Shown here: positions 42,678 through 52,113 of the stretch, piece by piece
Layout: each line of letters begins with the position of its first letter
Numbering within the stretch: the stretch's first letter is position 1
Origin: an uncultured delta proteobacterium
GTDB taxonomy: Bacteria; Myxococcota; Myxococcia; SLRQ01
Direction of reading: 5' to 3'
NCBI GenBank assembly: GCA_963727485.1
Contig: CAVSGM010000002.1
Location: 1,184,001 to 1,248,000 of the forward strand
DNA: 64,000 bases
Made by a program: the position numbers and the translations under genes
Notes under the pieces: generated by a model
Database searches by the model: none
What the model was told of the DNA's origin: nothing
The model's input: the letters and a program-made list of their open reading frames with translations, nothing else

Positions 42678-43874
42678 CTAGACGCCGTAGTCGGGCTCGG
42701 GGAACGGCGGCCCGGGCCGGGCGAAGAGGAAGCCCTGGAAGAGGTCGCACCCGAGGTCGATGAGGACGTCGCGCTCGCCCACCGTCTCGACCCCCTCGGC
42801 GATGATCCGGATCTCCATCTCGCCGCAGAGCTGCACGAAGCTGCGGATCACCTTCTGCTTGGTGGGCGAGGCGTCGACGCCCCGGACCAGCGCCATGTCG
42901 AGCTTCACCACGTCGGGCTCGAGGCTGGAGAAGGTGGTGAGCCCGGCGTAGCCGGCCCCGAGGTCGTCCACGGCGATGCGGTAGCCCATCTCCCGGAGCT
43001 CGGCGACGGTCTCCCGCACCCCGCTGATCCCGTCGAGGCTCGCCCGCTCGGTGATCTCCAGGACCACCCGGTCGGCCCGGGCCGCCAGCGGCGCGACGGG
43101 CGAGAGGAGGTCCGGGTCCTTGAGGTCCTGGCTGTGGAGGTTCACGAAGAGCAGGGGGGCGTCGTCGCCCGTACCCTCGAAGGGCACCGGCGCCTGGTGG
43201 CGCACCGCCCGGCCCAGGTCGCGCATCCGGTGGAGGCGCTCGGCGGCGTCGAGGAGGGCGCCGGGGTGGGGCAGGGTCTCGCTCTTCGAGCGCACCAGGG
43301 CCTCGAAGGCGAAGATCCGCTTCTCCTTCCAGGAGATGATCGGCTGGTAGTGGAGGTGGAGCTTCTCCAGGGCGTCGTCGAAGGAGACCTCGAGGCCCGC
43401 CTGGTCGCCGACGCCGCGGTCCATCTCGCCCAGGAGGCTCAAGGCCTCGCGCTTGAGCCGGGCGATCTTGGAGAGGCGGACCGCCTCCCGGGTGACGTCG
43501 ATGATCTCCTGGGTGCGCACCGGCTTCACCAGGTAGCGAAGCGCCCCGTACTCCACCGCGCGGATCGCCGTCTCCAGGCTCGGCGCCGCGGTGACGAAGA
43601 CCACCGGGACGTCGAGGTCGACCTTGCGGATGGCCTTGAGGAGGTCGACCCCGTCGAGGCCGGGCATGGTGAGATCGGTGAGGACCGCGTCGAAGGGCTG
43701 CTGGGCGAAGAGCTCCGCCGCCTCCACGCCGTCGCGGGCGGTGACGATGTCGTAGCCCTGGGGCTCGAGGACCATCTGGAACACCCGGAGGATCTCCGGC
43801 TCGTCGTCGGCGATGAGCACCCGCGGGACGTCGGGGGATGCCTCTTCCTTGGTCTCCGCCACAGCGTCCGCCAT
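42678..43874 (-). CDS. Response regulator with an EAL c-di-GMP phosphodiesterase domain
   Basis: REC motifs LIADDE, LTDLTMPG, YLVKP; EAL motifs YQPI, FEALVR, FVN, LEITE, AVDDLGAGY, VKLD, AEGVET, QGF. Confidence 0.95.
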   Translation of the reverse strand: MADAVAETKEEASPDVPRVLIADDEPEILRVFQMVLEPQGYDIVTARDGVEAAELFAQQPFDAVLTDLTMPGLDGVDLLKAIRKVDLDVPVVFVTAAPSLETAIRAVEYGALRYLVKPVRTQEIIDVTREAVRLSKIARLKREALSLLGEMDRGVGDQAGLEVSFDDALEKLHLHYQPIISWKEKRIFAFEALVRSKSETLPHPGALLDAAERLHRMRDLGRAVRHQAPVPFEGTGDDAPLLFVNLHSQDLKDPDLLSPVAPLAARADRVVLEITERASLDGISGVRETVAELREMGYRIAVDDLGAGYAGLTTFSSLEPDVVKLDMALVRGVDASPTKQKVIRSFVQLCGEMEIRIIAEGVETVGERDVLIDLGCDLFQGFLFARPGPPFPEPDYGV

Positions 43875-43963
43875 GGAGGCATGATACAGCGGGTCGCCGC
43901 GCCGTTGCACCCACGCCCGCGGCTTTTCCGCGGCCCGGCGCCCGCGGGGCCCGACGTCACGCC

Positions 43964-45139
43964 ATGCGCATCGCCCTCGTCTACTTCTTCCTCTTCGGCG
44001 CGGTGGGCATCCTCCTTCCGTACCTACCCCCGTACCTCAAGGCCCTGGGCTTCTCCGGGTCCGAGGTGGGCGTGGTCGGCGGGATCCCCTCGCTGCTCCA
44101 GATCGGGGTGCCGCTGGTCTGGGGCTTCGTCGCGGATCGGACGCGGCGGCCGGTGCGGGTCCTCCAGGTGGCGGCCTTCGGCGCGGCGCTGTGCTTCGCC
44201 CCGCTCCTCGGCGCCCACGGCTTCGTGGCGGTGGTCGCCGTCATCGCCACCTACGGGCTCTTCTCCTCGACCCTCTCGCCGCTCGCCGACTCGGTGGCGG
44301 TGGTCGCCGCCCGGGAGGCGGGCACCGAGTACGCGCGCCTGCGCCTCTGGGGATCGGTGGGGTTCATCGTCACCACCTACCTCTTCGGCCTCTGGCTCTC
44401 GGGGGCGGGCCACGCCTCCGACGCGGTGCCGGCGACCCTCGGCCTCCTGGCGCTGATGGCCGTGTCCACCCTGCTCCTCACCCCCGGGGTCCCGCCGCCG
44501 ACGGTGCCCGCCCTCGCCGACGCCCGCCGGCTGGTCGCCCGCCCGGGGCTGATGCTCTTCCTGGGCGCCTGCCTCCTCCACTGGGCGGCCCTCGGGCCCT
44601 TCCACGTCCTCTTCGCCATCCACCTCGAGGACCTGGGGGTCCCCGCCCGGGACGTGGGCGCGGGCCTGGCGGGGGCGGTCATCGCCGAGGTGGCGGTGAT
44701 GCGCTTCTTCCACCGGCTCCGGGCCAGGTGGCCGATCTACGGGATCCTCACGGTCGCCTTCCTCGCCAGCGCCCTGCGCTGGTGGCTCACCGCCCACCTC
44801 GGCGCCGGCCCGGCCCTGGTCTGGGTGCAGCTCCTCCACGGCCTGTCCTTCGGCGCCTTCTTCGTCGCCGCCATCCACCACCTGGAGCGCACCGTCCCCG
44901 AGGCGCTCCGGGCCACCGGCCGCGCCCTCTTCGGCGCGGTGGCCTTCGGGGTCGGCGGGGTGATCGGGGCGGTGATGGCCGGGCGCCTCTACGACCTGGG
45001 CGGCGGGCGGCTGGCCTTCGAGGCCGCGGCGGCCCTGGACCTGGTGGCGCCGCTCCTCCTCCTGGCCTCGGCGTGGGCGGACCGGGGTCACGGCGGCGAC
45101 GCGGTGCGCGGCGTGGACGCCGGCCGGGCCCCGGTCTAG
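43964..45139 (+). CDS. MFS transporter (MFS_1_like, HcaT/NHS-type)
   Basis: YFFLFGAVGILLPYLPPYL, WGFVADRT, YARLRLWGSVGF, QLLHGLSFG. Confidence 0.92.
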   Translation: MRIALVYFFLFGAVGILLPYLPPYLKALGFSGSEVGVVGGIPSLLQIGVPLVWGFVADRTRRPVRVLQVAAFGAALCFAPLLGAHGFVAVVAVIATYGLFSSTLSPLADSVAVVAAREAGTEYARLRLWGSVGFIVTTYLFGLWLSGAGHASDAVPATLGLLALMAVSTLLLTPGVPPPTVPALADARRLVARPGLMLFLGACLLHWAALGPFHVLFAIHLEDLGVPARDVGAGLAGAVIAEVAVMRFFHRLRARWPIYGILTVAFLASALRWWLTAHLGAGPALVWVQLLHGLSFGAFFVAAIHHLERTVPEALRATGRALFGAVAFGVGGVIGAVMAGRLYDLGGGRLAFEAAAALDLVAPLLLLASAWADRGHGGDAVRGVDAGRAPV

Positions 45140-45149
45140 AACGGGGGCC

Positions 45150-46211
45150 ATGGAAGCGGTCCGCCTCACGCAGTTCAGCCACGGCGCTGGTTGAGCCTGC
45201 AAGCTCCGCCCCGCGGAGCTGGCGCAGGTGCTGCGTCATCTACCGGCCGTCACCGATGCCGACGTGATCGTGGGAACCGACACCCGCGACGACGCCGCCG
45301 TGTACCGTCTCGACGCCCGGACGGCGCTGGTGGTGACCACCGACTTCTTCACCCCGGTGGTCGACGACGCCTACGACTTCGGGCGCATCGCCGCGGCCAA
45401 CGCCCTGTCCGACGTCTACGCCATGGGCGGCCGGCCGCTCCTGGCCCTGAACCTGGTGGCCTTCCCCCGCTCGCTGCCCATGGGGCTGCTCGGGCGCATC
45501 ATCGAGGGCGGGGCCGCGGTGGCCAGGGAGGCGGGGATCGCCCTGGTCGGCGGCCACTCCATCGACGACCCCGAGCCCAAGTACGGCCTGGCGGTGGTGG
45601 GCACCGTGGCGCCGAGCGCGGTGATGCGCAACGTCGGCGCCCTCCCTGGCGACGTGCTGGTGCTCACCAAGCCGCTCGGGACCGGGGTGGTGAACACCGC
45701 CCTCAAGCGCGGGCTCACCAGCCGCGCCGAGATCCACGAGGTGACCGAGCTGATGGCCACGCTGAACCGCGCCGCCGGCGAGGTCTTCGTGGCCCACCGG
45801 CGCAGCGTCCACGCCCTCACCGACGTCACCGGCTTCGGCCTCCTCGGGCACCTGCTGGCCCTGGTCGAGGGCTCGGGGGTCCGGGCGCGGCTCTCGGCTG
45901 CCGCGGTGCCGCTGCTCGACTCGGCCCGGCGCTACGCCGCCGAGGGGATCTTCCCCGGCGGGTCGGTGGCGAACCTCGAGGCGGTGCGGGACAAGGTCCG
46001 GTTCCAGGGGGCGGCGAAGGGCGACCCGGTGGTGGCCGGCCTCCTCGCCGACGCCCAGACCTCCGGGGGGCTGCTGGCGGCGGTGGCGCCCCGGGCGGCC
46101 GGGCGGATCCTGCGGGCCCTCGAGGACGCCGGGGCCCCGGTGGCCGCGGTCATCGGCGAGGTCGAGGCCTGCGGGCCGAGGGCCCGGGTCCGGATCGTCG
46201 TCGGCGACTGA
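45150..46211 (+). CDS. selD: Selenophosphate synthetase, selenocysteine-containing (UGA at 45192-45194)
   Basis: MEAVRLTQFSHGAG-U-ACKL is in frame with ORF 45228..46211 (DDAAVY, TTDFFTP, ANALSDVYAMGG, GGHS, DVTGFGLLGH, DAQTSGGLL). Confidence 0.95.
45196..45244 (+). other. Candidate bacterial SECIS hairpin
   Basis: Stem TGGCGCAG/CTGCGTCA (45220-45238) with a G-starting GTG loop 33 nt after the UGA; an alternative stem AGCTCCGC/GCGGAGCT lies at 45202-45220. Confidence 0.6.
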
Positions 46212-46310
46212 CCGCGGGGACGGAGCGCGGGGACCAACCGCCGGGGCGGAGCGCGGCGACGGACCTCGGCGACCGGGCGCGGGGCCGCCGCCCCCCGGGT
46301 CGGGCCTTGC

Positions 46311-46339
46311 TTGACATGAAGTTGAGAATAGTTTTCATT
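46311..46339 (+). promoter_or_regulatory. Fur-box-like operator next to a TTGACA -35 element
   Basis: TTGACA at 46311, then GT-TGAGAAT-A-GTTTTCA-TT (7-1-7, versus TGATAAT-N-ATTATCA); an AT-rich island in GC-rich DNA. Confidence 0.75.
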
Positions 46340-46369
46340 CGCTAAACCCTCACGGACCCCGGAGCGCCC

Positions 46370-47110
46370 ATGTCCCCGAGCCGCCTCGCCCCCCTCGCCG
46401 TCGCCGGCCTCCTCGCCGCCGGCCTCACCCCCCGCGCCGCCCACGCCGACCGGCGCACCCTCGTCCGCGCCTACGAGTACGCCACCCAGCCCAGGGGGAA
46501 CCTCGACCTCGAGCTCTGGAACGACGTCGCCAGCCCCCGGGTCGGCGGCCTCGGCGCCGCCACCGTCACCCCGCGCCTCGAGCTCGAGTACGGGATCACC
46601 GACCACTGGGACCTCGCCCTCTACCACGTGTTCCAGCAGGGCCCGGGCGAGGCGTTCCACCTCGACGCCTGGCGCCTGGAGACCCGCTACCGCTTCGCCG
46701 AGCGGGGCCTGTGGCCGGTGGACGTGATGGTCTACCTCGAGGTCGAGCGACCGGCGGACCTCGCCGCGCCCTTCGAGGTCGAGGAGCGCCTGGTGCTCCA
46801 GCGCGACCTCGGGGGCCTGGCCCTGGTGGCGAATGTCTCCGCCGAGCAGCACCTCCTCCGGGGGGATCTCGGCCACCGCTACGAGGTGGACCTCGGCGCC
46901 CGCTACGAGGTGGTGCCGGCGCTGCGGGTGGGCCTCGAGGGCTGGAGCCGGACCGAGGTCGTCGGGTCGAGGGTGACCACCGGCTTCTACCTCGGGCCCG
47001 GGATCTCGGTGGCGACGGACAAGTTCTGGTTCCAGGTGGGTGCCGGCGCCGGCCTGGGCCCAAGCCCCGACGCCCTCTTCGTGCGCTCGGTCCTGGGGAT
47101 CACCCTGTGA
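46370..47110 (+). CDS. Outer-membrane beta-barrel protein (putative porin)
   Basis: Signal peptide ending AHA; YEYATQPRG, LELEYGITDHWDLALY, LETRYRFAERGLWPVD; alternating beta-strands to the C-terminus FVRSVLGITL. Confidence 0.8.
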   Translation: MSPSRLAPLAVAGLLAAGLTPRAAHADRRTLVRAYEYATQPRGNLDLELWNDVASPRVGGLGAATVTPRLELEYGITDHWDLALYHVFQQGPGEAFHLDAWRLETRYRFAERGLWPVDVMVYLEVERPADLAAPFEVEERLVLQRDLGGLALVANVSAEQHLLRGDLGHRYEVDLGARYEVVPALRVGLEGWSRTEVVGSRVTTGFYLGPGISVATDKFWFQVGAGAGLGPSPDALFVRSVLGITL

Positions 47111-47411
47111 GGGGCCTGGGCCTCGGCCGGCGCGCCCGCGCCGCGATCCGCGCCTCGGGCGTCCTCGGCTCGCCTTCGCCCTCCCCGCCTGCGCCGGGCT
47201 GATGCTCGGGGGCCCGGTGACCGAGGGCCACCGCCTCTACCTCGCCAAGTGCACCACCTGCCACCGGGCCTACGAGCCGGCGCGCTTCACCCCGGACCAC
47301 TGGCGCCAGGCGGTGGCGAAGATGACGCGCAAGGGCCGGGTGCACCTCACCGCCGACGAGCGGGCGGCGATCCTCGGGTACCTCACCGGCGCCGAGGTCG
47401 CCGACCGCTAG
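47107..47411 (+). CDS. Small mono-heme cytochrome c lipoprotein; one-base frameshift near 47168
   Basis: GTG start overlaps the upstream TGA (GTGA); lipobox LPAC; GHRLYLAKCTTCH...W...VAKM...LTADERAAILGYL. Confidence 0.8.
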
Positions 47412-48985
47412 AACGCGTCGGGCCGGGCGGCCTCCCACGCCGCCCGCCAGCCCTCGGGCCCGCCGCCGTCGAGGAGCGCCCCGGGCGCCACCTGGGGGTA
47501 GAGCTCGGCGAAGGACCGGACCTCGGTGGGGCTCACCCGGCGGAAGAGCCGGTCGGCGGTGATCTCGCCGGGGTGCGCGAGGCCCGCGGCGCCGGTGAGC
47601 TCCAGCAGGTGGTCCACGGTGTTCTGCTGGAACCGCGCCACCCGCGCCCGCTTCTCGCCGACGACCAGGCCTTGGACCAGGAGCGGGTCCTGGGTGGCGA
47701 CCCCGGTGGGGCAGGTGTTGGCGTTGCACCGCAGCGCCTGGATGCACCCCAGCGAGAACATCATGGCCCGGGCGCTGTTCACCGTGTCGGCGCCAAGCCC
47801 GAGGCGCACCGCCAGGTCGAAGCCGTCGATGGTCCGCCCCGAGGCGATGAGGCGCACCTTCTCGCGCAGTCCCGCGCCCGTGAGGCCCCCGTGGACCAGG
47901 GCCAGGGCGTCGAAGAGGGGCCAGCCCACCGCGTTGGAGAACTCCAGCGGCGCGGCGCCGGTCCCGCCCTCGGCCCCGTCGACGGTGATGAAGTCCGGGG
48001 AGAGGCCGGTCTCCTTCATCGCCTTGAGGATGGCGAAGACCTCCTGGCGCCGGCCCACGCACAGCTTGAAGCCCACCGGCTTGCCGGAGGAGAGCTCCCG
48101 GAGCTTCGTCACGAACTCCAGGAGCCCGGTGGGGCCGTCGAAGGCCGAGTGGGCCGGGGGCGAGATCACCGCCTGGCCCATGGGCACCCCGCGGATCCGC
48201 GCGATCTCCTCGGTGACCTTCACCGCCGGGAGGATGCCCCCGTGGCCGGGCTTGGCGCCCTGGGAGAGCTTCACCTCGATCATCTTCACCGCGTCGTGCT
48301 TTGCCCGGGCGGCGAAGCGCTCGGCGTCGAAGCCGCCCTCGGGGGTCCGGCACCCGAAGTAGCCGGTGCCGATCTGCCACACCAGGTCGCCGCCGGGCTC
48401 GAGGTGGTAGGGCGAGAGGCCGCCCTCGCCGGTGTTGTGGAAGAACCCGCCGTCCCGGGCGCCGCCGTTGAGCGCGCGGATCGCCGCCTTGGACAGCGCC
48501 CCGTAGCTCATCGCCGAGACGTTGAGGAGCGCGGCGTCGTAGGGCTGCTCGCACCGGCCCTCGCCGAAGCGCACCCGGGGCGGCGTCTCGGGCGGCGGCA
48601 CCGGCTTGAGGGAGTGCTCAATCCACTCGACGCCCTCGGCGTAGACGTCGTGGCGGGTGCCGAAGGGGAGCGTGTCCCGATCCTCCTTGGCGCGCTGGTA
48701 GACCACCGAGCGCTGCTCCCGGCTGAAGGGCCGCCCGTTGGTGTCCGACTCGATGAAGTACTGGTGCATCTCCGGGCGGAGGAACTCGAAGAGGAAGCGC
48801 CCGTGGCCGATGACCGGGAAGTTCCGGAGGATGGTGTGGCGGGTCTGGGTGACGTCGTGGATCCCCACGCCCACCAGGCCGAAGACCGGGATCAGGGCCA
48901 TCCACGCCGGGTGCCACTGCCAGGTCCAGACCCCGACCACCGCCACCAGGATCACCGAGCCGATGAGGAAGATGCGTCGCGCCAT
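47408..48985 (-). CDS. FMN-binding glutamate synthase family protein
   Basis: RNFPVIGHGRF, SAMSYGALS, NTGEGG, EVKLSQGAKPGHGG, DGAEGGTGAAP, CIQALRCNANTCPTG. Confidence 0.95.
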   Translation of the reverse strand: MARRIFLIGSVILVAVVGVWTWQWHPAWMALIPVFGLVGVGIHDVTQTRHTILRNFPVIGHGRFLFEFLRPEMHQYFIESDTNGRPFSREQRSVVYQRAKEDRDTLPFGTRHDVYAEGVEWIEHSLKPVPPPETPPRVRFGEGRCEQPYDAALLNVSAMSYGALSKAAIRALNGGARDGGFFHNTGEGGLSPYHLEPGGDLVWQIGTGYFGCRTPEGGFDAERFAARAKHDAVKMIEVKLSQGAKPGHGGILPAVKVTEEIARIRGVPMGQAVISPPAHSAFDGPTGLLEFVTKLRELSSGKPVGFKLCVGRRQEVFAILKAMKETGLSPDFITVDGAEGGTGAAPLEFSNAVGWPLFDALALVHGGLTGAGLREKVRLIASGRTIDGFDLAVRLGLGADTVNSARAMMFSLGCIQALRCNANTCPTGVATQDPLLVQGLVVGEKRARVARFQQNTVDHLLELTGAAGLAHPGEITADRLFRRVSPTEVRSFAELYPQVAPGALLDGGGPEGWRAAWEAARPDAF

Positions 48986-49311
48986 CGGACCAGTGTAGCT
49001 GAGACTGCGGCTCCGGCGTCAGGGGTCGAAGGCGAGCACCTGACCGAAGCGGCCGGGCCAACCTGGACGGTGACCGCCGGAGACCAGCGCTTTGGCATCT
49101 CGTTGGCCGATGGTCCCGCGGAGGAGCATGGGCACTCGCCCGTCTGCGCCGCCGGGCGGCTTCAAAGGAGCCAGCATCATTTCCATATCTACATGAAGAT
49201 CGAGATATCAATACCCAGAACAGGTGAGGTCATTTGGCATGCTGGTGACGTCGTTCCGAAGTCCGACAAAGGAGCATTTTCCTTATGAATCAACGCTGTC
49301 TCGATCTCGTG

Positions 49312-49340
49312 TTGACGAGTCTTCTGGATTTCTCCATCCT
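49312..49340 (+). promoter_or_regulatory. Possible sigma70-type promoter for the 539-aa gene
   Basis: TTGACG-N17-CATCCT within an AT-rich patch. Confidence 0.4.
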
Positions 49341-49486
49341 GCGCCAGCTTCGCTCTCGATCCCGAGCCCGGCCACCGACGACCCAGCCCGCGCTCCCCGG
49401 GTGGCCCCCCGAATCCTCACCGACCGTTCTGCGGTCCGGGCAGGGAGCGGTGTGTTCTCAAGCCCACTCGAAGAGGAAATATTGCG

Positions 49487-51106
49487 ATGTCAGTGAACAC
49501 AAGCGTCACCATCGCCCGCCGCTCCACCATCGTGCCCGGCGACCCGTTCCAGGTCCTCGCCACCCTCTGCGACCAGCTCGGAAACGCGTCGATCGAGGAG
49601 GTCTCCGTCTCGCTCAACGGCCGGCGCGTCTACCCCCCGACCGGGGACCGCTACCACGGCGTCGACGTCGGCCAGTCCGGGCGTCAGCTCCAGCTCTACC
49701 CCCTCACCGTGGATCTCCATCGGCTTCAGGGGATGGACTGGACCGAGGCGCAGATTGACGAGCTCTACCGCGTCACCAACCGGATCCTGGTGGAGTTCGC
49801 GGTCCAGTACACCACCCCGACGACCGGGGGTCCCGCCCAGCGCGTCTCCCGCGCCTTCGCCATGGTGACCGTCGAGCCCGCCAACCGCGAGCCGGTGGTC
49901 ACCATCCGCTTCGAGGACACGTCTTCGGCCCACAACCCCATCCCCCATGGCATCTGGAACGAGGCGTACCGGGTCGTCGCCACCGTGGAGAACGTCGAGA
50001 CCCGGCCCATCGACGTCCAGATCGCCCTCGACGAGGTGCTCACCGGTTCCGGGGACCGTCCCTGGATCGCGGGGCTGCCCGAGCGCCACACCATCCCCGC
50101 CGGCCGCAGCCACGACATCCCCTTCCCCATCGCCGCCAAGGACTGGAACTGGTTCGACACCAACCTCGCCCACGGGCCGTTCTCCCAGGAGTTCGCCTAC
50201 ACCGTCGACGTCTTCGGCCACGACGGCTTCGGCAACCGGCTCGCGCGGCTGACAGCGGAGGTCCCGTTCGAGGTGAAGGTACCGGACGAGAAGAAGAACT
50301 GGGCCATCTCCGCCAGCGTCAACACCGTGTGGGGCGCCTTGGATTTCGTCGTCTCCAAGTTCATCCCCGAGCCGTTTGGCGCCCTCGTCGACCTGATTGG
50401 CAAAGTCCACGACGCCTCCGCCGAGATCAGCGCCCACATCGCCGAGGATCCGCCGCAGCCCGACAAGGCCTTCACCACCCCGGCCAAGCTGAAGCTCCCG
50501 CCGCTCCTCAAGAAGCTGACGGGCAAGCGGCTGCCCCACTTCGAGGCCTGGTCGCGGGCCGCCCTGGAGATCCCGGCGCGCCGCAACCACCTCTACGCCA
50601 TCGAGGCCAAGGTCCTCGGCGCCGTCGAGGCCAAGGACGGGAAGGCCGAGGCGGCGCGGGTCGCCGAGTACCAGGCCCAGATCGCCGAGATGGGCAAGCT
50701 CTACGCCGAGATGGCCGGCTCGGTGGAGCCGGCGATCGCCGAGCTGGCCCAGCACGGCTTCACCCAGGCGCTTCTCGACGGCGAGATCGCGGACCTCCAC
50801 GCGGCCCTCCAGACCACCGACCAGGTCACGGCGTTCCAGGACCGCCTGGCCAAGCAGCCCAAGGACGCCGCGGCCCTCGGGCCCCACCTGGAGACCTTCC
50901 GCCGCCTCGACCCCGAGGCCCTCGACCTCCGGCGCAATCTCCGGAAGATCACCGTGACCCTGGGCCGGGCCCTCAAGGGCACCACCGAGGCGTCCATCCA
51001 GCGCTACCATCAGGTGCAGCCGAGCCGCTTTGGCAAGGACCTGGCGCCGCTGCCACTTCACGTTCCGGTGATCCGGCGGGTCCTGGTCCGGCCCAAGAAG
51101 GGGTGA
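49487..51106 (+). CDS. Hypothetical 539-aa protein (beta-rich N-half, helical C-half)
   Basis: Long ORF with GC3-biased codons and RBS GAGGA; no recognisable family motif and no signal peptide. Confidence 0.8.
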   Translation: MSVNTSVTIARRSTIVPGDPFQVLATLCDQLGNASIEEVSVSLNGRRVYPPTGDRYHGVDVGQSGRQLQLYPLTVDLHRLQGMDWTEAQIDELYRVTNRILVEFAVQYTTPTTGGPAQRVSRAFAMVTVEPANREPVVTIRFEDTSSAHNPIPHGIWNEAYRVVATVENVETRPIDVQIALDEVLTGSGDRPWIAGLPERHTIPAGRSHDIPFPIAAKDWNWFDTNLAHGPFSQEFAYTVDVFGHDGFGNRLARLTAEVPFEVKVPDEKKNWAISASVNTVWGALDFVVSKFIPEPFGALVDLIGKVHDASAEISAHIAEDPPQPDKAFTTPAKLKLPPLLKKLTGKRLPHFEAWSRAALEIPARRNHLYAIEAKVLGAVEAKDGKAEAARVAEYQAQIAEMGKLYAEMAGSVEPAIAELAQHGFTQALLDGEIADLHAALQTTDQVTAFQDRLAKQPKDAAALGPHLETFRRLDPEALDLRRNLRKITVTLGRALKGTTEASIQRYHQVQPSRFGKDLAPLPLHVPVIRRVLVRPKKG

Positions 51107-51194
51107 CCGTCCTCCGCCCGGGCCGGTCCCCGTGGCCGGCCCGGCTGGGGGCACTGGCACGGACGCCGTCGCCGGGCTACCGTGACCCGCTCCG

Positions 51195-52109
51195 ATGCGC
51201 CCCAAGAGCCTCCTCCACCTCGTCCTCCTCGCCTGCATCTGGGGCTCGAGCTACCTGCTGATCAAGGTCGGCCTCCACGGCATGACCCCGATCCAGATCG
51301 TCCTCGGCCGGCTCACCGGCGGGGCCCTGGTGCTCCTGGTCCTCGCCCGGATCCAGGGCAGCGCGCTCCCCCGGGACCCGCGGATCTGGGGCCACTTCGT
51401 GATCCTGGGGATCGTCGGCAACATCCTCCCCTACTTCCTCTTCGGCTTCGGGGAGACCCACATCCCCTCGAGCCTCGCCGGGGTGTTCAACGCCACCACC
51501 CCCCTGTGGACCACGGCCCTGGCGATGCTGGCGCTCCCCGAGGAGCGGCCGACCCTCAAGCGCGTCGCCGGCCTGGTGGTGGGCTTCGGCGGGGTGTTCA
51601 TCCTCGTGGCGCCCTGGCGCACCAACGTCGGCGGCGCCTCGCTCATCGGCGAGCTCGCCTGCCTCGGCGCCGCGGCGAGCTACGGGGTGAGCTTCGTGTG
51701 GATGCGCCGGTTCCTCGCCGGCCGGGGGATCACCTCGACCACGCTGGCCGCCGGGCAGATCACCGTGGCCGCGGCCATGCTCTGGATCGCCGCCCCGGTG
51801 GTCGCCGCCACCCCGATGCGGCTCACGGTGCCGGTCATCGCCGCGGTGGGGGCGCTCGGCGTGGCCAACACCGGCGTCGCCTACATCCTCAACTACAAGC
51901 TGGTGCAGGAGGCCGGCGCCACCCGGGCCTCGCTGGTGACCTACCTGATCCCGGTGGTGGCGGTGTTCCTCGGGGTCACCTTCCTCGCCGAGGCGCTCAC
52001 CTGGAACCTCTTCGCCGGCGCCGCCGTGGTGTTCCTGGCGGTGAGCCTGATGGAGGGGCGGATCCGGGCGCTGATCGCCGCGCTGCGGACCCCCACCACC
52101 GGGAGCTGA
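51195..52109 (+). CDS. DMT/EamA family transporter
   Basis: IWGSSYLLIKVG, SSLAGVFNATTPLWT, SLVTYLIPVVAVFLG; about 10 TM helices. Confidence 0.93.
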   Translation: MRPKSLLHLVLLACIWGSSYLLIKVGLHGMTPIQIVLGRLTGGALVLLVLARIQGSALPRDPRIWGHFVILGIVGNILPYFLFGFGETHIPSSLAGVFNATTPLWTTALAMLALPEERPTLKRVAGLVVGFGGVFILVAPWRTNVGGASLIGELACLGAAASYGVSFVWMRRFLAGRGITSTTLAAGQITVAAAMLWIAAPVVAATPMRLTVPVIAAVGALGVANTGVAYILNYKLVQEAGATRASLVTYLIPVVAVFLGVTFLAEALTWNLFAGAAVVFLAVSLMEGRIRALIAALRTPTTGS

Positions 52110-52113
52110 CGCC

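Noticed and set aside
37522..46211. Selenium-dependent molybdenum hydroxylase system (xdhAB near selD)
   Set aside because: XdhAB is the standard two-subunit type, no yqeB/yqeC-like genes are present, and four unrelated genes intervene.
46212..46300. Short GC repeats (ggagcgcgg.gac) after selD
   Set aside because: Only two or three degenerate copies in very GC-rich DNA; no support for a REP or array element.
49092..49108. sigma54-like TGGCATCTCGTTGGC
   Set aside because: The -12 element is poor and it is about 380 bp from the next start; likely chance.
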